NCBI GenBank assembly: GCA_002170595.1
Contig: NHDP01000016.1
Span: 5,207-69,206 of the forward strand
DNA from: Alphaproteobacteria bacterium TMED62
Lineage (GTDB): Bacteria; Pseudomonadota; Alphaproteobacteria; TMED109
Length of the DNA stretch: 64,000 nt
Reading direction: 5' to 3'
This document shows, one piece after another, positions 56,330-64,000 of this stretch (position 1 is the first letter of the stretch; each line of letters opens with the position of its first letter). A program made the translations under genes and the position numbers. The notes under the pieces are model-generated. The model was given only the letters and a program-made list of their open reading frames with translations. It was not told where the DNA came from and did no database searches.

Positions 56330-57564
56330 GATTTTGTGGTGCAAGTCATTTAGGGCTATGTTATTCAGCAGCAGCAGTTAAAAAAGGAAATAAAATATTT
56401 TGTTACGACTTTGATCATAATAAAATAAGAAACTACAAAAGGTTCGAGATAGATATTGATGAGCCTAAACTCAAAAATATTTTAATAGAAAATAAAAAGC
56501 AATATAATTTTTCCTGTAAAATCAGTGATTTATCAAAGTGTGATTTTGTTTTTTTTTCATATGATGTAGGTACAGATCATAAGGGAAATGGTGATTATAG
56601 AAAATTACGTGAAAATTTAAAAAGCTTGATAGAATCTTTAGACATTAAAGTTCCTTTAATAATTTTATCTCAGGTTCCCCCTGGGTTTACGAGGCTTTTT
56701 TCTTCAAAAAAACATAATATTTTTTACCAAGTAGAGACATTAATATTTGGAAGAGCAATTGATAGAGCATTAAAACCAGAGAGATTTATAATAGGTTGTA
56801 GCTCTACGGATAAAGAGTTATTTAGTAAATATAAAAAATTTCTAAAGTCTTTCAATTGCCCTGTATTAATAATGAAGTACGAAAGTGCCGAACTTTCTAA
56901 GATAGCTATAAATTGTTATTTAGCAGCAGATGTTACTTTAACTAATACGTTAGCTGAAATAAGTAAAGTTATAGGAGCAAATTGGGATGAAATTTTACCT
57001 ACTTTAAAATTAGATAAAAGAATAGGAAAAAATGCTTATCTTAATCCTGGACTTGGTCTTTCTGGAGGAAATATAGAAAGGGATTTAACTACATTAAATA
57101 ATATAGGAGAAAAAAAAGATGCAAATACTGAATTTATAAAAACTATTATAAAACACAGTAAATATAGTAAAAAATGGTTATTAAAAACTGTTAGTATTTT
57201 TTTAAAAAATAAAAATTCAATAAATATTACTGTTTTAGGTTTAGCTTACAAAGGGAATACTAATGCTATCAAAAACTCTCCTTCTATTGAATTTTTAAAA
57301 AAAATGAAAAAATATAAAGTAAAAGTTTACGATCCAGTTGTTAAAAATATAGGTTTAAAAAATACTATAGAGTACCAATCAGAATATGAAGCGTTAGAAG
57401 GTGCTGATATTTTAGTCATTGCTACCTCATGGGATGTTTTTAAAAGACTAAATATAAGAATAATTAAATCAAAAATGAGAGGAAATGTAATCATTGATCC
57501 ATTAAAAGTTTTAAATAAAGAAATTGTAGAAAAATTTAAATTTAAATATTATTGTTTAGGTTAA
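56317..57564 (+). CDS. UDP-glucose/GDP-mannose dehydrogenase family homologue lacking the catalytic Cys
   Basis: Family layout with LDKRIGKNAYLNPGLGLSGGNIERD, which aligns gap-free to the E. coli Ugd region [24 protein letters not shown] as I recall it. C-terminal VLGLAYKGNTNAIKNSP. Confidence 0.7.
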   Translation: MAKIGFCGASHLGLCYSAAAVKKGNKIFCYDFDHNKIRNYKRFEIDIDEPKLKNILIENKKQYNFSCKISDLSKCDFVFFSYDVGTDHKGNGDYRKLRENLKSLIESLDIKVPLIILSQVPPGFTRLFSSKKHNIFYQVETLIFGRAIDRALKPERFIIGCSSTDKELFSKYKKFLKSFNCPVLIMKYESAELSKIAINCYLAADVTLTNTLAEISKVIGANWDEILPTLKLDKRIGKNAYLNPGLGLSGGNIERDLTTLNNIGEKKDANTEFIKTIIKHSKYSKKWLLKTVSIFLKNKNSINITVLGLAYKGNTNAIKNSPSIEFLKKMKKYKVKVYDPVVKNIGLKNTIEYQSEYEALEGADILVIATSWDVFKRLNIRIIKSKMRGNVIIDPLKVLNKEIVEKFKFKYYCLG

Positions 57565-57570
57565 ATCATA

Positions 57571-58443
57571 ATGATGAAAAAAAATATTAATAAAACTGTA
57601 ATAATAGGATCATCTGGATTTATTGGTACTGCACTATGTAAAGAATTAAAAAAAATAAATAAATATTTTTGCCCACTTTCTAGTAATGATGTAAATCTAT
57701 TGAAATTGGATAGTATCGATAAGCTTGCCAAAATTATTAATAGCAATGATACAGTAGTTTTTATTTCTGCAATAGCGCCTTGTAAAAACGAGGATAGTTA
57801 TGAAAAGAATATTACAATGGTTAAAAACTTTATTTTATCAATTGAAAAGAATAGACCTAGACATATAATATATATCAGTTCTGATGCTGTATATTATGAT
57901 TCTAGTTCTAAAATCGTAGAAGACTCAAAAAAAAATCCTGCTAATTTTCATGCTAAAATGCATATAGATAGAGAAAAGTTATTTTATAATTATATGAAAA
58001 AAAATAGTTTAATGCTTTCTATCCTTAGACCTACTTTGGTATATGGACCTGGAGATACTCACAACGGTTATGGGCCTAATAAATTCATGAGATCTTTTAA
58101 TTCAGGAGAAGATATTTATTTGTTTGGAAATGGAGAGGAGCAAAGAGATCATATTTATATTATTGATCTAGTTAAAATTATTTCAGATGTTATAGAAAAT
58201 CAAATAGTTGGAGATTTTATATTAGCTACTGGAAAGGTGACTACTTTTTTTGATATTGCAAAAATAGTATGCAGTATAAAAAATGATGCTGGAATAAAAA
58301 TTAATTTTAAGCCTAGAGTTGGAGAAATGCCGCATAATGGATATAGAGCATTTGATATCACTAAACTATATAATATTTTTCCACATTTAAAACTTACTAC
58401 AATTGAAGAAGGAATTAAAAAGTCTATAAATTTTATGAAATAA
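57571..58443 (+). CDS. Atypical extended-SDR (RmlD/epimerase-like) protein, paralogue A
   Basis: VIIGSSGFIG, ISSDAVY, LRPTLVYGPG. HAKMH replaces the expected YxxxK. Confidence 0.7.
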   Translation: MMKKNINKTVIIGSSGFIGTALCKELKKINKYFCPLSSNDVNLLKLDSIDKLAKIINSNDTVVFISAIAPCKNEDSYEKNITMVKNFILSIEKNRPRHIIYISSDAVYYDSSSKIVEDSKKNPANFHAKMHIDREKLFYNYMKKNSLMLSILRPTLVYGPGDTHNGYGPNKFMRSFNSGEDIYLFGNGEEQRDHIYIIDLVKIISDVIENQIVGDFILATGKVTTFFDIAKIVCSIKNDAGIKINFKPRVGEMPHNGYRAFDITKLYNIFPHLKLTTIEEGIKKSINFMK

Positions 58444-59044
58444 CTGATTTCGTTTTCAGTAACTTGACTTTTTTTATAGATTCATACTAGAGAAAAATTC
58501 GGATTGTGAGAGTAATCACTTATTTTATTTTAAATCCCTTCCTATTTCTATTTTCGAATATTACAAATAATATCAAAATAAAAAAAAGTAAATAAAGTAA
58601 TTTTAAATATTAATCAGTTTTTTTACTCTTTATATTTACTAAGCTATTACTATTTCTAATTAAGAATTAATCTAAATTGCTTTGCTATTACAAATAATTG
58701 AGAAAATTTTATATTAGTAATACCTAAAAAAATTAATTAACTAATTTTAATAGGGCGTTGATATTCATCAAATAATATTTAAGCGTGACGTATAAATTAT
58801 GTTTTTTTTTAGAATTTTAAATCAACATTATTAGATTAGAAAATATTACAATTTAAATTATTTATCATTTTTTTTAAAATCTTCTAGTAGGGCTTTTGCT
58901 AGGAACAATCTATACTGAAAAAATTGGCAATATCAAATGGTATTGTAAATAATATTTTTTAAAATTATATTAATTTTAATTCAATATTTTAGTTTTTAAT
59001 ATTTTTTTAATTTTATTAAAATATTATAAACAATAAAGATTTTT

Positions 59045-59920
59045 ATGTGCAAAACTATTAATATTAAGGTTATTATATTTGGAGCTTCAGGTTTTATTGG
59101 AAAAGCTTTGTGTAAAGAATTAAAAGCTAGAAATATAGAAATAGTAGCCCTAGCAAGCAGTGATTTAGACCTTTTAAAAATAAATAAAAATCATAAACTT
59201 TTAACTACTATGGATAAAAATACTAGCATAGTTTTTATGTCTACCATAATACCCTCTAAGAATGAAAATAATTTTAAAAAAAACGTATCAATCATAAATA
59301 ATTTTATAAGTTTAATAAAAGATAAACAATTTAATCATATAATATATTTAAGCTCAGATGCCGTATACAAAGATTCTTTGTCTAAAATAAATGAAAATTC
59401 TGATAAAAATGAAGTAGACTTATATGCAAAGATGCATTTAGTACGAGAAGATATTATAAAGGAATATTGTAATAAAAATGATATAAGTTTTAGTATTTTA
59501 AGGCCTACAGCAGTTTTTGGTCCGGGAGCCACACATTATAGTTATGGGCCTAATAAATTTATTAAAGCTATTAATGCAGGAGAAAAGATTAGTCTTTTTG
59601 GTAAAGGTGAAGAGGGTAGAGATTATATTTTTATTTATGATTTAGTAAAAATTATAGCAGACATTATAGAAAAGAAAATATTAGGAATTTTTACTTTGGC
59701 TTCAGGAAAAGTATATACATTCCACCAGGTTGCAAAGCTGATATGTAATATTCAAAAAATTTCTTTTTCTCGAATTGAATTTATAAAGAGAAATAAAATA
59801 AAGACATATAGTAAATATAGATCTTTTGATATTTCTAAATTAAAAAAAAATATTTCAAGTTTAGATTTTACTGATTTAAAAAAAGCAATTGAGTGGTCTA
59901 TTAAAAATAATTTTAGATAA
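59045..59920 (+). CDS. Atypical extended-SDR (RmlD/epimerase-like) protein, paralogue B
   Basis: VIIFGASGFIG, LSSDAVY, LRPTAVFGPG. YAKMH replaces YxxxK. It is collinear with 57571-58443. Confidence 0.7.
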   Translation: MCKTINIKVIIFGASGFIGKALCKELKARNIEIVALASSDLDLLKINKNHKLLTTMDKNTSIVFMSTIIPSKNENNFKKNVSIINNFISLIKDKQFNHIIYLSSDAVYKDSLSKINENSDKNEVDLYAKMHLVREDIIKEYCNKNDISFSILRPTAVFGPGATHYSYGPNKFIKAINAGEKISLFGKGEEGRDYIFIYDLVKIIADIIEKKILGIFTLASGKVYTFHQVAKLICNIQKISFSRIEFIKRNKIKTYSKYRSFDISKLKKNISSLDFTDLKKAIEWSIKNNFR

Positions 59921-60081
59921 TATTTATGGACTTAGTTAAAAACCAAATTTATATATTTATGCTTTATAATTTTTATACATGAGTAATATTTTACTTTTTT
60001 TTAAAAATATTAGTGAGAGTGTGCTACAGGTTCCAATCTTTTAAGAAAAACAATAAACTGATTTAGTATCGGAATATAAAT

Positions 60082-61260
60082 TTAGGAATTATAAATAATT
60101 TTTGATAAATCTATACTACTAACATCTTTATAATTTTTTTTATGAGTTTTATGTAGACTATGTTTTTTAGAACTTAAAATCTCATATAATTTATTTTTAT
60201 CTTCTGAATCAATAAAATAATTCACAAATTCCTCTCCTACCGAATTATTCTTTGTAAAAGATAATATTTCCTTATCATATTTAGTGATTTCTATTGTAAT
60301 TGAATTAGCAAACCATGCATCAGGTAAAGCAAAACTAAAATAATTACTTATGGTGTATTTGCAAAAAGAAGCTAAAACTGCAGTATGCATATAGCTAATT
60401 TTATAATTAATAAAATCAAGATTTTTTAGTATTCTTTTTATCTCTTTAACGTTCGCATTAGGATGAGGTTTAAAAATAATAAATACGTCGTTTATCTTTT
60501 TTAATTGAATAATTGTTTTAATAAACAGTATTTTGCCATTAGTATTTTTATCAAACCCAGAAATTGCTCCAAAATGTCCAATTAAATAAAGTACTAACTT
60601 TTTATTATCTTTTATTTTTTTAATAGAAAAATTTTTTTTTATAAAAAATTGAGACTCCTTATAGCAGTACTTAAGCCACTCTTTATCTGCTCTAGGAAAA
60701 TTTAAAAAAAAGATCTTTTTTTTTTTTTTTTTCATTCTTTCTACAAATGGAGATTCTTTACTGAAAGTTATTATATTTTTTGTGTATTTAATTTCTTTTT
60801 GAGGTCTCTCATCTTTAAAACGTTTATTTTTAAAAAAAATATCATCTGACTTTTCTAAATTTTTAATATATCCCCAAGGGTTAGGGTCAATATAGAAACA
60901 ATTTTTTTTATTAGTAAAGTATAAAACATTAAACGGAAATAATTCTAAAGCTTTAAAATGAATGTATGTATTTTTAATGAAGATACTTGTAATTAATAAA
61001 AACATTAAATTAAAAAAAATATTAAATATTCTAATAATTTTTATTGTTGAAGAACTAGGTAATATCTTTAAAACACCAACATTATTTATTAGTTTTAATA
61101 AAAATAAATTTTTATTAATTTCATCCAACGTACTTTTATTAAAACAATAAAAAATAACTTCTATGTTTCTATTTTCTTTTTTAAAATCGAATATTAGGGG
61201 TATAACTGTATCTAGAGTAAGTATTTTATTATTTAAAAATAAATAAATTTTTTTCTTCAT
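60082..61260 (-). CDS. Uncharacterised 392-aa protein, candidate GT-B transferase with a K-P-H-P motif
   Basis: Long ORF with hydrophobic segment FNIFFNLMFLLITSIFI and motif VFIIFKPHPNAN. I recognise no firm family. Confidence 0.4.
   Translation of the reverse strand: MKKKIYLFLNNKILTLDTVIPLIFDFKKENRNIEVIFYCFNKSTLDEINKNLFLLKLINNVGVLKILPSSSTIKIIRIFNIFFNLMFLLITSIFIKNTYIHFKALELFPFNVLYFTNKKNCFYIDPNPWGYIKNLEKSDDIFFKNKRFKDERPQKEIKYTKNIITFSKESPFVERMKKKKKKIFFLNFPRADKEWLKYCYKESQFFIKKNFSIKKIKDNKKLVLYLIGHFGAISGFDKNTNGKILFIKTIIQLKKINDVFIIFKPHPNANVKEIKRILKNLDFINYKISYMHTAVLASFCKYTISNYFSFALPDAWFANSITIEITKYDKEILSFTKNNSVGEEFVNYFIDSEDKNKLYEILSSKKHSLHKTHKKNYKDVSSIDLSKIIYNS
60716..60732 (-). repeat. 17-nt homopolymeric A tract (T on the + strand) inside the 60082-61260 coding frame
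   Basis: Counted directly: T run 60716-60732. It encodes M-KKKKKK in frame (ATG AAA x5 AAG). Confidence 0.9.
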
Positions 61261-61406
61261 TTTCTAGATCTTTAAAATATTAATTTGTACAACTAACAGT
61301 TGTTATTTGATTTTAACTAACTTATATTATTTTTAATTATGTACAACAATTATTTACTAAACCTTTTTCAAAATTTTTTATTTTCAAATACAAGGATTAA
61401 GAAACT

Positions 61407-62102
61407 ATGAAGAGAACGCATGACGAATTTTATTTAAGTGAAAATAATAAAAGTGTTAAACAGGTGTTTGTTGAAGTTGCAAACATTATAGAACAAGGAG
61501 AATTCTCCTCAATTGCTGATGTTGGTTGTGCTACAGGAGCATTCCCAAATTATTTAAAGTTTCGTTTTCCTGATGCTAATGTAATCGGTATTGAATATCT
61601 AGAATCCTTGTTGAATAAAGCATCAAAAGATTTTTCAAATATTTCTTTTATAAAAGGAAATGTATTAGACAGGGACTCTATAAAAGATAAGTATGATGTG
61701 GTTACCATGTGTGGAGTTTTATCTATATTTGATGATTATTGTCATGCATTAGATAACGTGCTTAGCTGGGTAAAACCAAAAGGAAAACTTATTTTGCATA
61801 ATATGATAAGTGAATATGATATAGATGTTTTTGTTAAGTACAAACCTTCTAGCCTAAAAGTTGACTATAATGAATTAGAATCAGGATGGAATATAATAAG
61901 TAAAAAAAGCTTAAAATTAGTAGCTGAAAAAAATAATGCAAGCCTAACTTTGTGTAAGTCTTTTACATTAAAAGTTAACTTAGATAAACAAAAAGACATA
62001 ATGCGAAGTTGGACTGAAGAAAATATATCCGGAGAAAAAGATATATTTAATGCACTTCATATAAGACAACCACATAAAATTGCAGTTATTGAGAAATTAT
62101 AA
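61407..62102 (+). CDS. Class I SAM-dependent methyltransferase
   Basis: Motif I IADVGCATGAF, then DVVTMCGVLSIF. Confidence 0.65.
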   Translation: MKRTHDEFYLSENNKSVKQVFVEVANIIEQGEFSSIADVGCATGAFPNYLKFRFPDANVIGIEYLESLLNKASKDFSNISFIKGNVLDRDSIKDKYDVVTMCGVLSIFDDYCHALDNVLSWVKPKGKLILHNMISEYDIDVFVKYKPSSLKVDYNELESGWNIISKKSLKLVAEKNNASLTLCKSFTLKVNLDKQKDIMRSWTEENISGEKDIFNALHIRQPHKIAVIEKL

Positions 62103-62138
62103 TTTATGTCAAATATTTAATTTAATATTTTTCTTTTT

Positions 62139-63140
62139 TTAAATTTTATACTCATTTTTAATAAAATATTTTTGATTTTTTCTAATCCAATTAATTGTTT
62201 CCTCAATACCATTTTTAAAACTATATCTTTTATCTTTATTAATTAAAGAGTTCATTAATTTTGTATCCGCTATTAGTCTATTAACTTCACTGTTTTTTGG
62301 ACGAAGTCTTTTTTTTTGTGAAACTATTGGAACTTTATAATTCATAATATTCATAATAGTAGAAGCAGTCTCTTTAATACTAATTTCTTTACCTGTACCT
62401 ATATTGATAGTCTTACCAATTGCTTTTTTTTTAACACTCAAGGCAGTAATTGATCTAACAGTATCTAAAACATAATTAAAATCTCTAGTAGCATGTATAT
62501 TACCTAAGTGTAATTTTTTTACGCCTGTTACTAACTGAGAGATAATACTAGGTATTACAGCTCTAGTCGTTTGTCTAGGGCCAAATGTATTAAACGGTCT
62601 TAATGTAATAATAGGAAGATTAAATGACAAGTAAAAGCTCTCAGCCAATTTATCAGCTGCAATTTTAGAAGCAGAATATGGAGATTGACCTACAAGAGGA
62701 TGACTCTCATTTATTGGTATTTGCTGAGCTGAGCCATAAACTTCTGAAGTTGAAGTGTGTATTATTCTTTCAATTGATTTATTTAACTTACATGCTTCAA
62801 GTATATTAAGTGTTCCTAATACATTAGTTTGATAATAAGATCTATATGCTACATATGAGTAAGGAATACCAATTAAACTAGCTAAATGAAAAACATAAGC
62901 TACTCCATCAACTGCTTCTTTTACTCTAGTCTGATCTCTTATATCTCCTGTAATTAATTCAACCTTAGATATTACCTCTTCAGGTAAATCAGATAACCAA
63001 CCTATGTTATTCCATGAGTTATATAAACAGAAAGCCTTCACATTGGCTCCTATTTCAACTAAAAACTCTACTAAATGACTACCAATAAATCCATCAGCTC
63101 CGGTAATTAATATTTTTTTATTTTTTAATTTATGTCTCAT
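62139..63140 (-). CDS. Extended-SDR NAD-dependent sugar 4,6-dehydratase/epimerase
   Basis: ILITGADGFIGSH, TSTSEVYG, YSASK (YxxxK), LRPFNTFGP. There is a 4-nt overlap with the upstream NeuC-like gene. Confidence 0.75.
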   Translation of the reverse strand: MRHKLKNKKILITGADGFIGSHLVEFLVEIGANVKAFCLYNSWNNIGWLSDLPEEVISKVELITGDIRDQTRVKEAVDGVAYVFHLASLIGIPYSYVAYRSYYQTNVLGTLNILEACKLNKSIERIIHTSTSEVYGSAQQIPINESHPLVGQSPYSASKIAADKLAESFYLSFNLPIITLRPFNTFGPRQTTRAVIPSIISQLVTGVKKLHLGNIHATRDFNYVLDTVRSITALSVKKKAIGKTINIGTGKEISIKETASTIMNIMNYKVPIVSQKKRLRPKNSEVNRLIADTKLMNSLINKDKRYSFKNGIEETINWIRKNQKYFIKNEYKI

Positions 63141-64000
63141 TTGAATTTTATAGTCATTTTTTTTTGTACTAGTTTTTTATCTAATTTTACTTTTGAGATA
63201 AAATCAGCTATTTTTTTTCCAGCATTACCAGTCCCGTAAGGGTTATCAGTATGAAAAGCCTTATTTCTGAATCGATCATCATATAGACACTTTTTAATAG
63301 CACTATAAATTTCTTTATGTGCATAATTAGCATCTAAAACATTAGAACCTCTTAAACGACTTTTTTGTCTAGTTCCTATGTTTACAGTTGGACAGCCAAA
63401 CACAGCGGTTTCTTTTATACCAGAGGAACTATTGCCTGCACAAGCAATTCTAATTTTTTTTGATTTTGCTAAATTTAATACTCCATAATAAAGATTACTT
63501 CCTAATGATTTTTTTATTATTAAATTTTTAAATGAATCGTTATTATTTTTCCACTTTACAATTTCATTAATAATTTTTTTTCCCCCTGCATCATTATTAG
63601 GAAATGTTACTATAACTTGTACATTTTCCAATAAAAGTTTTTTTATTGCTATCAAACTTTGTTGAATTTGTTTTGTTGATTCATTAAACTCAGTAGTCAC
63701 AGAATGCTGAGTAAATATAATTATTGGTTTTTTAAAATCTAATTTGAGATTTTTTTTAATTTCTTCTTTTTTCATAAATTTCTTCTGCTTAATTAAATCT
63801 ACTCCTGGAAAACCAACTGTCTTTACTCTCCAATTTTCTTCTCCCATAGCTAATATCCGCTTTGTTGCAAATTTATTAGTAGTAAAATGTAGATGGGATA
63901 GTTTAGTCATTGCGTGTCTTATAGAATCATCTAAAGCACCTCCTTCTGTAATATCTCCTCCTTCTATGTGTGCTGTAGGTATATTCATCTGGGTTCCTGC
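63137..64000 (-). CDS. Hydrolysing UDP-N-acetylglucosamine 2-epimerase family (NeuC/LegG-like); the N-terminus lies beyond the window end
   Basis: IPTAHIEGGDITEGGALDDSIRHAMTKLSHLHF and GNSSSGIKE motifs. The frame stays open upstream of Met 63988 to position 64000 (AGTQ-M...). Confidence 0.75.
   Translation of the reverse strand, partial: AGTQMNIPTAHIEGGDITEGGALDDSIRHAMTKLSHLHFTTNKFATKRILAMGEENWRVKTVGFPGVDLIKQKKFMKKEEIKKNLKLDFKKPIIIFTQHSVTTEFNESTKQIQQSLIAIKKLLLENVQVIVTFPNNDAGGKKIINEIVKWKNNNDSFKNLIIKKSLGSNLYYGVLNLAKSKKIRIACAGNSSSGIKETAVFGCPTVNIGTRQKSRLRGSNVLDANYAHKEIYSAIKKCLYDDRFRNKAFHTDNPYGTGNAGKKIADFISKVKLDKKLVQKKMTIKFK

Noticed and set aside
560-61150. About 35 short ORFs (60-130 aa) in the six-frame track that lie antisense to, or out of frame within, longer genes. 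They are 560-823, 1415-1744, 3685-3981, 7346-7534, 7547-7738, 8230-8457, 9114-9362, 9390-9671, 10717-10899, 12137-12367, 12940-13164, 13210-13392, 13723-14046, 14806-15198, 17198-17452, 19614-19796, 20084-20350, 21697-21930, 23703-23960, 24021-24293, 25354-25542, 28233-28415, 33691-33960, 33973-34179, 37509-37706, 40941-41123, 44220-44408, 46135-46323, 47467-47697, 47794-48060, 51200-51409, 55447-55707, 57561-57746, 59335-59532 and 60962-61150.
   Set aside because: Each is fully embedded in a longer ORF that has clear family motifs. Their products are low-complexity and rich in Phe, Ile, Leu and Lys, as expected from reading AT-rich coding DNA in the wrong frame. None has a recognisable motif.
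1-64000. A search for CRISPR arrays, transposases, integrases, toxin-antitoxin pairs, restriction-modification or other defence systems, and prophage genes, especially next to the two tRNAs.
   Set aside because: No regularly spaced direct repeats were seen. No ORF has DDE, tyrosine or serine recombinase motifs, nuclease or helicase motifs, or phage structural motifs. Every sizeable ORF is explained by glycan biosynthesis or housekeeping families, apart from the three orphans, which look transferase-like.

Overview
This is a very AT-rich, gene-dense bacterial window. Most spacers are under 20 nt and many gene pairs overlap by 4 nt (ATGA type). The style and gene content fit a streamlined marine alphaproteobacterium such as SAR11/Pelagibacterales, but that is inference and I could not run a search. 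The window reads as three blocks. (A) 1-16889 is a surface-glycan island. It holds two PhyH-type oxygenases, a 600-aa orphan protein, a WcaB/CysE-like acetyltransferase, a PIG-L deacetylase, a full pseudaminic-acid set (pseC, pseH, pseG, pseB, pseI) interrupted by an MsbA/PglK-like ABC exporter, and a tightly coupled accessory cassette (class-III aminotransferase, LeuA-like condensing enzyme, SpsF-like cytidylyltransferase, ATP-grasp ligase, aldo-keto reductase). It ends at tRNA-Leu(UAA). (B) 17017-32689 is a housekeeping-looking block: CinA-like protein, map, cytochrome c', hspQ, an orphan form-II CoxL-like protein, nrdAB with DnaA-box and NrdR-box-like sites, a PduO-type adenosyltransferase, M20 and M29-like hydrolases, an unusual adenylase-aminotransferase fusion with a carrier protein and a GNAT, and a SpoU methyltransferase. 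(C) 32724-64000 is a second, mosaic glycan island. It holds a CMP-nonulosonate synthetase, a HisF/HisH/WbuX-type acetamidino module, tRNA-Thr(UGU), a fused GATase2-WbuX amidotransferase, glycosyltransferases, an AsnB-like protein, a stand-alone E1 alpha/beta ThDP pair, methyltransferases, a mirrored DegT pair, a nucleotide-heptose cassette with a domain-permuted HldE and a Cys-less UGDH homologue, tandem atypical SDR paralogues, and the start of a NeuC-type second nonulosonate pathway. I saw no rRNA, CRISPR array, transposase, integrase, prophage or recognisable defence genes. The best candidates for undescribed biology are the carrier-protein operon at 28051-31577 and the nonulosonate side-chain cassette at 11629-16889. 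All functional calls rest on by-eye motif recognition, with no database search.
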